This document shows, in pieces, positions 26,501-37,745 of a stretch of 64,000 nt of DNA; positions within the stretch are counted from its first letter, which is position 1, and each line of letters opens with the position of its first letter. Source of the stretch: Cetorhinus maximus (Eukaryota). The notes beneath the pieces were generated by a model. It worked only from the letters and a program-made list of their open reading frames with translations. It did no database searches and was not told the origin of the DNA. Where the stretch lies: NCBI RefSeq assembly GCF_964194155.1, contig NC_135887.1, positions 39,060,001 through 39,124,000 on the forward strand. The letters are read 5' to 3'. Made by a program: the position numbers and the translations under genes.

Positions 26501-26915
26501 CTCCATTGGCTGAACTATTAAAGAGGGACAAAAAGTTTCAATGGACACAGGAGTGTAAGAAGGCATTTGACAGTTTGAAAACTGTATTAACTACGACACC
26601 AATTTTGGCAGTATTAAATTACACCAAGCAATTTAAATTGGCTGTTGATGCAAGCAATATAGGCATTGGGGCTGTACTGTTACAAGAAGATGACACTGGA
26701 ATTGAAAAACTGATAGGGTATTTTTCACGGAAGTTGAATGTACAACAGAGGAGATATTCAATGATCGAGAAAGATACTTTGGGGTTAGTGTTAGCATTGC
26801 AGAATTTTGAAATTTATCTTGCAAACAATTAATCAGAAACAATTGTTTATATTGAGCACAATTCTTTAACATTTCTGAACAAATTTCGAGACAAAAGTGC
26901 AAGGCTATTCAGATG

Positions 26916-27533
26916 GGGCAGGATTTCCTGGTCGGCATGCGGGGGCGGGACTCACATGCTGATGCATAAAATGACGCGGGATGATGTCAGGCAGAACTCC
27001 CGACATCACCCCATGTCATTTCAATTTTCAGGTCAACGGGGGCGCAGCCAAATCACTTGTCTGCCCGCCGACCTTTCAATGGGCGATTGAGGCTATTTAA
27101 AAAGTAATTGTACTAGTTAAAGGACCTGCCCGTCCAACCTTAAGGTTAGCGGGCAGGCCGGGAGCCTTGGCGGTCTTCAGATAAAGCATGAAACCTCATC
27201 CATGGGCGAGATGAGGTTTCATGTAGGATTTTAAAAATGCAATAAAAGTTTAATTAAAAGTGATGGACATGTCCCAACTCATGTCACAGTGTCACATGAG
27301 GGGTCATGTCAGGGAAATTTTATTTTTCTATTTTTAACATTTTTGAATTTGGCACGTGCACTCTCAGCTTAGGGAATCCCCTCCCGCTTGCACAGGGAGG
27401 GCATAGCGCTTCCTGGCGGACGTCCCGCTGGGCGGGCCTTAATTGGCCCACCCACATAAAATGGCGCCGATCGAAGGCGCACCTGCACACGCCCACTCCT
27501 GAACTTCCCCCCAACGGGGGGAAAATTTTGCCT
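26916..27533. mobile_element. Empty Harbinger-type MITE, same family as 17766-19281
   Basis: TIRs GGGCAGGATTT...AAAATTTTGCCT; imperfect TSD ATG/GTG. Interrupts the Gmr1 RNase H tail and has an uninterrupted CCAACCTTAAGGTT palindrome. Confidence 0.88.
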
Positions 27534-28095
27534 GTGCAGTTTATTACTGCACCCATTTAATCTACAGATTATACATGTAGCAGGATGAGAAAATCTGATT
27601 GCAGATGCATTGTCAAAAGTTTGAAGCTTAAAGGGAAAATTAGGCATTTAAAACCTGGACACTGGACGAGAAAGATTTCTGTTGATACCAATGATTTGAA
27701 TATATTGTTATGTTAATGCATGCATCTGGTAATGTAATAGTGTAATAAATATAGGAGGTAATGTAAGATGCATTCAGAAAATGAAGCCATCTTTTTAAAT
27801 GATGATGGTTCATTTTTTAATGAGAGGGATGTCAAGAAGATATAATAATTTTCATGTTATTGGAATTTATTGTAAAGTAATAATAGGGTCTGTGTCTATG
27901 TCTGGGTGTGTGTGACTTAATTTAATTAAAGGAAGCTGGTCTGAAGGATTTGATGTTACAAAGATAAGCTAGGTTTGAAATGTTAAGTAGGTAAACAGGT
28001 GTAAAGGGAACATTTGCATTTTTAAATAAACAAGACTAGTTGAATTCAAAGGAGGGGTGAAATATTACACTAGCCAGAAGAAGTTAAGAAACAGT

Positions 28096-28212
28096 GGGCA
28101 GAGTTTTACTGCCCTGTTTTGGCAGGGACGGGGCTGTAAAATGCAGTGAGACATTATAAATCCCATTGATGACAACGGGAACATAAAATACTGCTGTCGT
28201 AAAATTCTGCCC
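28096..28212. mobile_element. 117-bp Harbinger-type MITE within the Gmr1 LTR
   Basis: GGGCAGAGTTTTAC...GTAAAATTCTGCCC; TSD AGT. Confidence 0.85.
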
Positions 28213-28809
28213 AGTGTGTTTATTTTTCCTAAAGAATACTGGTAAAATTTGTACCATGAGGGATTTTTATTAACAGAGAGGTAAAGTCCAAAGACATAGT
28301 GAAACAATGGGAATTTGCATTCAAAGGGGCAAGTATGGATAAAGGAGAGAAGACTGTATGAAAGGGCAGGAATTCTAAGATCTAACAAGTATGAAAACCT
28401 CCAGCATCTAAGCGTTAAGCTGCTGTATACAAAGAACTGAAGTTAAGAAAACTCACTCCGAGTTGGATTGTTCAGGGTATTGTGTTTCTTTGCCTGGGTC
28501 TTTTAAAATCTATGTGGCATACTGTTTCCTTAATGAAGGTGTAACTGGGAGTTAGATTAATGAGGGGATTTAGAAGTTATCATAGTAGTAATTTATAGAT
28601 TTATGTATGTACTTAAAATAATTTCTTCTATTAATAAAGGTTTAATTTAATTTTGTAAGAAACCTATAAGACATAGTGGCCTAATTACTACTGAATTCAA
28701 GGCATGCATCTTGAAATTTATACAAATTGTAAAACAGTCATGGCAGTTGTTTCAAGTTTCCCTTTGGGATTTGAGCAGCTCAGCATTTACCATCAGCTAT
28801 GCCATAACA

Positions 28810-30013
28810 ATCCCACTGAGGTGTGTGTCTCTGCGCTGGTGGAGGGTGTGGGTAAGCACTGGGATGGGTCTTCTAGGCTGCTTATTTCCAGCTCTTCAAT
28901 GGAGGCGATGTCCACTTGGTTGGAGGTAAAGATATGGATGGAGCTGAGGGACTGGCTGGCTGAGGGTGTCACTCATTTGGTAGAGCACCCTGTGAACCAA
29001 AGTAGAGATAATTAGTGCATGGCAGCAAAGTCAAAAGCAGGAGACAGAGCACTCACTGTTGCATTGAAAGTGGGATGATGTGGTGCAGGATCCTCATGTG
29101 GGTGTTCGCCACCAACATCAACATCGCCGCAGGCATGGTCCACGTCCTCACCAGTCAGTGCAATGGCACACTCCTCAAAGTGAGTGAGGGGCCTAATGTG
29201 GGCCACTCCACCCCCCCCCACCCTGGTCTCGGACCTCTCCTTGCTGATGTGAACAGGCTTCTCCTTCATGGGAACGGATGGAGGGCATGTGAGCAGGACG
29301 CATGGCATTGCGTGGAATGTTTGTGTGGTGAGCGGATCCATGGACGGGATGAGGACGCGAGCTCGAGAGGATATGAGCCTGATGGAGATGTGGGAGTGTT
29401 TGCGAGAGTTAGTGGTGTTGTCCCTTAAGGTGTGAGATCTGTGTGGATGTGTGATGGGTTTGTGAGTGTGAGTTGAGAGTGATGAGAAGAGTGAGTTACC
29501 CTGGCGGAACGGATGAGACCATTCATCCAGTAGTGGCACTGGGTGGCTGTCCTCTTTTGCAGGGCATTGGCGCTGACCACCACTGCCACTGCCGCCCATG
29601 TTGAATTGATGATGCCACTGCCCCTCCTTCGGCCAGAGCGGGGGTACAGGACATCACGGCAGGTCTCCATGGCATCCAAAAGGCACTCGAGGGATGTGCC
29701 ACTAAACCTGGGGGCTGCAGTCTTTTTGCCTTTCGGAACCATCCTGCCTTCCGTGCAGCATTCCCATTCCCGGGCTGGAAGCACTGAGAAGTGTGCACAT
29801 GGCTGGGCTTTAAATATGGTGGTTGGCGTGACGAAGCAGTGAGGTGATGGCGTGGCGGGCGAATGAGACCCCCACCATGGAAATGGCATGTTTCCCGGGA
29901 ATGCATAGTTAATTCAGTGGGTTTGGAACAGCACGACATGAAAAGCCACTATTGTAGCTGGTGGGTAAAACGTTGTTTTACCCATTTAGTGCAAATCTGG
30001 AACGATTTCACCC
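28810..30013 (-). mobile_element. Harbinger fragment with a Myb/SANT DNA-binding gene
   Basis: APRFSGTSLECLLDAM..DVLYP..WAAVAVVVSA..RTATQC is a trihelix Myb-like domain. Splice donor near 29499 and a second exon ..GGGVAHIRPLTHFEECAIAL. Confidence 0.75.
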
Positions 30014-30664
30014 AGAGAGTTTGGCTGGTAATTATTAACATTTTTCACGCCTTTGAAAGGGTACTTAGACTTGAAATGGCTTGATTTAACTTATATTTAT
30101 ATTCTCCAGTGACAGAAAGTACCACATTGTACCTTGGTCTAATTAACTTCTCCCTAATGAAGAACAGTTAAGGACAGGGGTGAACAATTGTAAACTTGTA
30201 GATACAAATCCACTCACCCTTTTCATCCTCTTTGGCTTTTTCTTCCAGCATTATTGGCAGTTCTTAAATGTATTTCTGAGGATTTTTTATATTTGCTCTG
30301 TTGAGAGATGTGACGCTGTTGGAAATGGGGCAATATTTGTGCCCCATTATCACCTTCAGGGACACATGCACAGATAGAAACAAAGCATTGATGCTGCAAA
30401 TCTGGCCTAAAAAAAAACGTTGGAAATATACAGTTTCTGTAAAGAGAAAAGTCAGAGAAGGCAGGTTGCTGCGGAGGTGGACCTATTGCCTAGATCACAT
30501 GAACACAGGTCGACAGGGTTCTGCACTAGAGACATTGGCTTGTCTCATGTCAGGCATGGGTGTTAGAATGCTGTACCTGAGGTATTGACCAGTTTGACCT
30601 TTCAGGTATTGACCCAATACTCTGTGTTTCCATCATTTTGTTTCCTCAATTCAAATGCATTGAG

Positions 30665-31143
30665 TTAGGCACAAGTCAGGAGTATAATGGAATACTCTCC
30701 ACTTGCCTGGATGAGTGCAGCCCCTACAACATTCAAGAAGCTTGACACAATCCAGGACAAAGCAGCCGGTTGATTGTCACCCAATCCACAAATATTCACT
30801 CCCTCCACCACTGCACACTGGCAGCCGTGTGTACTATCTACAAGATGCACTGCAGGAATTCACCAAGGCTCCTTAGGCAGCAGCTTCCAAACCTATGGCC
30901 GCTACTACCTAGAAGGACAAGGTTAGCGGACACAAGGGAACACCACCACCTGGAAATTCCACTCCAAGCCACTCACCATCCTGGCTTGGAACTATATCAC
31001 CGTTCCTCTAGGATTGAATCCTGGAACTCCCTCCCTAACAACACTGTGGGTGTACCTACACCACATGGACTGCAGCGGTTCCAGAAGGCAGCTCACCACC
31101 ACCTTCTCAAGGGCAACTAGGGATAGGCAATTAAAGCTGGCCT
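30665..31143 (+). mobile_element. CR1/L2-clade LINE 3' fragment
   Basis: IHSLHH..AAVCTIYKMHC..WNSLP..HHHLLKGN. Confidence 0.8.
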
Positions 31144-31149
31144 AGAAAC

Positions 31150-31900
31150 TTGGGTGTGCTTGTATCAGGGGAATGCAGAAAGTTAGCATGCAGGTGCAGG
31201 ACATAATTAGAAAGGCTAATGGCATGTTGGCCTTTACTGCAAGAGGATTGGAGTTCAGGAATGAAGAAGTCTTGCAACAATTGTACAGGGCTTTAGTGAG
31301 GTGACATCTGGAGTACCATGTGCAGTTTTGCTCTCCACATTTAAGAAAGGATATACTTGCATTGGAGGTGGTACAGCAAATGTTTACTATATTTGTCCCT
31401 GGGATGAGGGGCTTAATAAATTGGGCTTATATTCTCTGGAGTTTAGGAGAATGAGAGACCTTTGAAAGGCCATTGAAACCTACAAAATGAGAGGCCGTTG
31501 AAACCTACAAAATGAGAGGCCATTGAAACCCACAAGATCCTGAAGCGGTTTGATAGGGTAGATGCTGATTGTTTCCGATGTTCGGGTAATTTAAAACACA
31601 GGGGCACAGTCTTAGGATAAGAGGCTGATCGCTTAGGACTGAGATGAGGAGAAATTTCTTCATTCAAAAGGTTACGAATCTTTGGAATTCTCTACCCCAG
31701 AGGGTTGTGGATGCTTCATCATTGAATACATTTAAGGCTGGGATAGACAGATTTTTGGTCTCTCAGGGAGTTAAAGGGTACGGGGAGCAGTTGGGAAAAT
31801 GGAGTTGAAGTCCAAGTTCAGCCATGATTGTATTGAATGATGAAGCTGGCTCTATGGGCCCTGTGGTCTACTCCCTCTCCCATCTCTTGTGTTCTTGTGA
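31150..31900 (+). mobile_element. CR1 LINE 3' fragment with an internal 25-bp triplication (31467-31536)
   Basis: Similar to the C-terminal part of the CR1 at 37746-39163. The unit AGGCCATTGAAACCTACAAAATGAG occurs about three times. Confidence 0.75.
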
Positions 31901-31959
31901 TGTGTTTGGACAATAAAATGCAATGGCAAGTATGCCAGAAAAGCTGATTACATTGGCAA

Positions 31960-32900
31960 AGAACTTGCACGGCTCTGGCTCCAAATTGACACAGGCTTTA
32001 AATTACATGCAGTGTCAGTGTCTGAGTCGGTGGCAAAGGATGTGAAATCAAGTGATGTTGTCTCTTCATCTTCACCGAATTCTTGCTCTTCCACCACTGC
32101 CTGGTCTTGTTGCAGCTCTTGGGTGTCAGATGGAAAAATGGACAAGGTTTTATTAAGGAGATTGGAGAAGAAAAAATAAATGCTTGCATACACCATCAGC
32201 AGTTTGTAAATCTGAAGAGACTGAGATGAGGGATGAGAGATGGAGGATTAGGTGTGCAGATACCCTCATCTTCAATAGCTTCAGCCCCACTGGTGGCCAA
32301 AGTTTCAGCAATGGCCACTCCCATGATGGCCAACATCACCTTCTACATGGCAATTAGAACATGCAGGTGCACCAGTACCCCTCCAGCTAGCTCCTGTTAC
32401 CTCGCTGTGTGTCACCCTCTCCTACAAGAGAGTGGCAAGTGTATTACCAAGTGTCATGCAACCTGTGTAGGTAATGTGGCTGTCGTGGATGAATAACTGG
32501 GAATGTGTGCAAGCTATGGATTGTGTGTTTGAGGCTTGCAATTGTGCTAAGTGTAGGGTGAGGTGAAGCATATGAATGCCATGTATGAGTTCTGATTGAT
32601 AGAGATTGTTGGCAGGTGAGCGATGGAGGCATGGTGAATTGAGCAGTGTTTGAGAAAAGTAGAAAAGTGGTACAATTGGGAGGAAAAAGCATTTGAAGAT
32701 ACATTTGACCTTGACCATTCATGGCCTAGTCCTACTCCTGGTTCATATGTTCATATGTGAGGTCATTAAACTTCTTTTGCACTGCATCCAGGTCTTTGTG
32801 GCTTTATGCCTGACATTGACCTCTATAGCTATCTGCTCCCACTGCCTTCTTATGATGAGGCTGGAGGACCTCCTGCCCTCTCCTCCTCTCCTTGCCTTCC
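31960..32900 (-). mobile_element. Decayed Harbinger-associated Myb/SANT remnant
   Basis: Reverse complement shows a QCKRSLMTS-type helix and downstream segments similar to 8750-9870. Confidence 0.5.
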
Positions 32901-33376
32901 ACCAAGACCTGTTGCCCACACCCTCTGACAGTTAGCCATTCTTCACTCTGCTTCAGGTCAGCTTTATTGTATTTATTCATTCAGGTGAGAAGGTGGTGCT
33001 GAGTTGTCTTCTTGATTAATTGCATATGGTGTTGGTACACCCACAATACAGTTAGGTAGGGAGATTTTGACCCAGCAACAATGAAGGAATGACAATATAT
33101 TTCTAAGTTAGAATGGTGTGTGACTTGGGGGGAAACCTGCAACTGTCTTGTTTTTTGTTTCAATGATGCACACAAGCCGTCGACATTGTAGCTGAGTTAA
33201 TTTTATTTGTAACACATTTTCCTAACATAAACACATATCTGCAGTAACTGAATTCTATCAAGACAGGCTCCAACATGTGCTAAAAGCAAAATACTGCAGA
33301 TGCTGGAAATCTAGAACAAAAACAAAAATACCTGGAAAAACTCAGCAGGTTTGACAGCATCTGCGGAGAGGGATAC

Positions 33377-33415
33377 AGTTGACGTTTCAAGTCCGTATGA
33401 CCCTTTATCAGAACT
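33377..33415 (-). ncRNA. Minimal type I hammerhead ribozyme motif with a core mutation
   Basis: AGUU-CUGAUAA-A-GGGUC-AUACG-GACUU-GAAAC-GUC-AACU; CUGAUGA is mutated to CUGAUAA. Confidence 0.7.
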
Positions 33416-35516
33416 AAGACATATAGAAATGAGATGAAATATAAGCTAGTAGAAGGTGGAGGGACAGGAGAGCTCGATAGGGGGCCAGTGATAGGTGGGG
33501 GCTAAGAAGAGACTGCCAAAGATGTCATAGACAAAAGGACAAAGGGGTGTTGACAGTGGTGATATTATCTAAAGGATGTGCTAATGGGGACATTAAGGGA
33601 AGCAAGCAGGACAAGCTAGTGGCAGATGTCCCTTGTGAGGGTGGGTTGGGGGGAAGGGATCGAAATGGGCTAAAAGGTGGAGATAAAACAATAGATTGAA
33701 ATAAATTTAAAAATAGGAGAGAAAAGAAAAAAAATATAGTTGTAAAAAAATTATAAATTATTGGAAAAAGGGGGGTCGGAAAGGGGGTGGGGTTGGAGGA
33801 GAGAGTTCATGATCTGAAATTGTTGAGCTCAATATTAAGTCCGGAAGACTGTAAAGTGCCTAGTCGGAAGATGAAGTGCTGTTCCTCCAGTTTGCGTTGA
33901 GTTTCACTGGATCATTGCAGCAGGTCAAGGACGGACATGTGGGCATGAGAGCAGGGAGGTCTGGGTCATGCTTGCGGACAGACCAAAGGTGTTCCGCAAA
34001 GCAGTCACCCAGTCTGCGTTTGGTCTCTCCAATGTAGAGGAGACCACATTGGGAGCAGCGAATGCAGTAGACTAAATTGAGTGAAGTGCAAGTGAAGTGC
34101 TGCTTCACTTGAAAGGAGTGTTTGGACCCTTGGACGGTGAGGAGAGGGGGAAGTAAAGGGGCAAGTGTTGCATCTTCTGCGTTTGCATGGGAAGGTGCTG
34201 TGGGAGGGGGTTCAGGTGTAGGGGGTGATGGAGGAGTGGACCAGGGTGCCCCAGAGAGAATGATCCCTGCGGAAAGCCACAGGGGCAGGGGGGGGCGGTG
34301 AAGGGAAGATGTGTTTGGTGATGGCATCATGCTAGAGTTGGCAAAAATGGCGGAGGATGATCCTTTGAACGCGGAGGCTGGTGGGGTGATAAGTGAGGAC
34401 AAGGGGGACTCAAACATGGTTCTGAGAGGGAGAGCAAGGTGTGAGGGCGGATGCGCGGGAGATGGGCCGGACATAGTTGAGGGCCCTGTCAACCACCGTG
34501 GGTGGAAAACCTCGGTTAAGGAAGAAGGAAGACATGTCAGAGGAACTGTTTTGGAAAGTGGCATCATCAGAACAAATGCGACGGAGGCGAAGGAACTGAG
34601 AGAATGGGATGGAGTCCTTACAGGAAGCGGGGTGTGAGGAGCTGTAGTCGAGGTAGCTGTGGGAGTCAGTAGGCTTGTAATGGATATTGGTGGACAGTCT
34701 ATCACCAGGAATTGAGACTGAGAGGTCAAGGAAGGGGAGGGAAGTGTCAGTGATGGACCACGTGAAAATGATGGAGGGTTGGAAATTGGAAGCAAAATTA
34801 ATAAATTTTTCCAGATCCAGACGAGAGCATGAAGCAGCACCGAAGTAATCATCGATGTACCGGAAAAAGAGTGTGGGAGGGGGCCTGAGTAGGACTGGAA
34901 CAAGGAATGCTCCACATACCCTATAAAGAGACAGGCATAACTGGGGCCCATGCGGGTACCCATAGCCACACTTTTTATTTGGAGGAAGTGAGACGAGTTT
35001 AAGGAGAAATTGTTCAGTGAGAGAACAAGTTCAGCCAGAGGAGAATAGTGGTGGATGGGGATTGTTCGGGCCTCTGTTCGAGGAAGAAGCGGAGAGCCCT
35101 CAGACCATCCTGGTGGGGGATGGACGTGGAGGGATTGGACATCCATGGTGAAGAGGAGGCGGTTGGGGCCAGGGAACTGGAACTTGTTGATATGATGTAG
35201 GGCGTGAGAGGAATTGCGGATGTTGGTTTATTTCGATCTATTGTTTCATCTCCACCTTTTAGCCCATTTCGATCCCTTCCCCCCACCCCACCCGCACTAG
35301 GGACATCTGCCACTGGCTTGTCCTGCTTGCTTCCCTTAATGTCCCCATTAGCACATCCTTTAGAAAATATCACCACCGTCAACACCCCTTTGCCCTTTTG
35401 TCTATGACATCTTTGGCAGACTCTTCTTGGCCTCCACCTATCACTGGCCCCCTCTCAAGCTCTCCTGTCCCGCCCCCTTCTACCAGCTTATATTTCATCT
35501 CATTTCTTTATGTCTT

Positions 35517-35555
35517 AGTTCTGATGAAGGGTCATACGGACTCGAAAAATCAACT
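35517..35555 (+). ncRNA. Minimal type I hammerhead ribozyme motif with a stem III mutation
   Basis: AGUU-CUGAUGA-A-GGGUC-AUACG-GACUC-GAAA-AAUC-AACU. Confidence 0.7.
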
Positions 35556-36316
35556 GTATCCCTCTCCGCAGATGCTGTCAGACCTGCTGAGTTTTTCCAG
35601 GTATTTTTGTTTTTGTCCAACATGTGCTATCTGACTTTTAAACCCCAGTTCAGGTGATCCCCTAGTTAGTACAGAGTACCGTATAGTATCCACTACCGCA
35701 ATCAACTATTATCATGACTTTTCCCTTTTTAAAAAAAAACAAACTTTTATGCAACTCAAGTGCACAAAATCTCTTATCAATTCTTCATCACTTTATTTTA
35801 GTCAGTCTGTTTTGTCTTTTACTCATCTCTGTATCTCTGTGGTTTTTTTGCACAATTCTTCCACTGGATGTTCTAAATGTTGACGGAGGTGATTTTGAAG
35901 GACAAGGGGCCTTCTCCAGATCTGTGTCACTATCACCCCTTGGATAGTTTTCAGGACTCTCAGGCTTTGTCTGGTTATCTGTTGTTTCACTGGTGCATTC
36001 TGGTTTTTGTTCTTCAGCTACATTTTCTTGTTCAGAGCAGGATTGAGTTGCATTTGTTTTCCATAAGAATTTCCGGTTTCTCCTATACTGTTGTCCGTTT
36101 GTAGTCTGCACTATATAAGACCTTGGTTCTCCTGTGATTCATGTGACAACAGCAGGATTCCAGATCCCTTCATGCTGAATCCTCACTGTCTCTCCCATGT
36201 TCAGGTGAGGCAGAGGTTAGGCGCCTCGATCAAAGTACTGTTTCTGCTTCTGTTGTCTCAGTTTGAGCAGGTCCTGCATGCTGCAGCTCACTGGCTGTGG
36301 AAACAACAGTTGGGGC

Positions 36317-37202
36317 TGTCACGACTCACTGGGGATAGTGCACTGCAATATCAAGCCCCACTGCTCCCCGCGCCGCGACAAATGTGAAAAGTTTGATCAA
36401 CCTGCCTAATTGTTTAATTTAGGTTAACAGAATACGAGCAACAGGCTTGTAAACTTAATCAGTAAATGACTGTTAATTGAACAAATTGTCTTTAAACAGT
36501 GGCAAAAGAAAGAAATATGAGCTGCTGACTTCTAACTCTATAACCTAAACTCTACCCCTTCTTAAAACCCTATACACACACATGCAAGACACATAAGACA
36601 CACAAAAACATGGATTTTAAGGGTGGGATAAAACAGTTCAATAGCACCAATTCCGGATTACAGGATTTCATGAGTTGATTTTGATCGATGTCTTCCAAAT
36701 TCCCTTCAGTTCTTTGTTGATAACATGAGGTGGTCTTCCAGAACTTCCAGTCTTTAGCTCACTGGTTTAGCACTTGCCTTTCAAAGTCTCTAACATTGAT
36801 TTTCCCCTTTGCCTCTTGACAAGGGTTTTCTGAGAGAGAGCAGGTTACAGGGATATGAGGAGAAAAAGCCAGCTAGCTATTATTCTAGAATTACTGGAAT
36901 CTAACATGACAGGAGCAAGAGGTTTTAGGTCTTTTTGTTTTTCAGGCTAGGGGCTATTCTGCTGCACTGCTCTCACACAAACCCTGGTCAATTGGTCAGG
37001 AGCCAATTAAAACATTGTTGCCAGGCAGTTCCCCATTAGACCAGACTCCTTGGCACCATCCTGACTTTCAGGGCACACCCTGTTCCAGGACAGCAACATT
37101 GTATATATCCCTCACACTATTCCATTGGACATGCCCTTCAAACTGCAGCCATTGTAATTTTACTCCACAGTCCAACAGAAATAAAAATATATGTTCTTTA
37201 CA
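36317..37202. mobile_element. Solo LTR (~886 bp) inserted in the Gypsy integrase C-terminus
   Basis: TGTCACGA...TTTACA; imperfect 4-bp TSD GGGC/GGGT. The host frame KLPTAP|QLLFPQP rejoins. Confidence 0.75.
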
Positions 37203-37745
37203 GGGTGCAGTTGGAAGCTTAGTTCTTAGCCTTCTCCCCACCAGGAGCTGTGCTGGAGATGGTCCAATGCTCTCCAATGGAGTATTCCTGAAATCCAGCA
37301 GAACCAGGTAGGAGTCTCTTCCGTCCATATTTGCCTTCTTCAACCGGTGTTTTAAGGTCTGCACAGTATGTTCCACCATTCCGTTGGATTGTGGATATTT
37401 GGGACTTGACATAATGTGGCAAAACTCCCAGTCCTATGCAAATTTGTGAAACTCAGTGCCTGAGAATTGTGGACTGTTATTTGGAATGAGCACTTCAGGT
37501 ATGCCGTGCCAAGCAAAAATTGATTTAAAATGATTTATTAGTGTGATGCTCTTACTATAAGTTCTCAGCAGCACAGACTCAAAAAACTTTGAGTAATTAT
37601 CTACTGCTAGTCGGTACTCAGTATTGTCAAATGTGAGCAAGTCCACCTCCAATTTTCTGCCAGGGGCTCTCTGGAACACTGTGTGGTTGAAATTGTTCTT
37701 ATTGTTGCGATTTACTGTACTTTTGGCAGACTGCACATGCATTCA

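Larger units (their letters stand above)
24899..28809 (+). mobile_element. Gmr1-type Gypsy element (IN before RT), 5'-truncated, with 3' LTR at 27830-28809
   Basis: IN (YHPESQMALERWHQTLK...GPY) precedes RT (YPYRL..LCVDCRKVN..YIDD) and RNase H (LAVDASNIGIGAVL). Purine tract then TGTCAAG...ATAACA. Confidence 0.9.
33283..35615 (-). mobile_element. Penelope-like retroelement (RT + GIY-YIG), 5'-truncated, with inverted terminal repeats
   Basis: RT motif AMGTRMGPSYACLF and YIDD (frameshifted); GIY-YIG NLVYCIRCSQCGLLYIGETKRRL. ~33315-33705 is inverted at ~35225-35615. 14-bp TSD TCCAACATGTGCTA (33269-33282 and 35616-35629). Confidence 0.92.

Noticed and set aside
37624-37745. Extra N-terminus on the 484-aa RT ORF
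   Set aside because: Antisense Gypsy integrase sequence that happens to be in frame with the truncated CR1.
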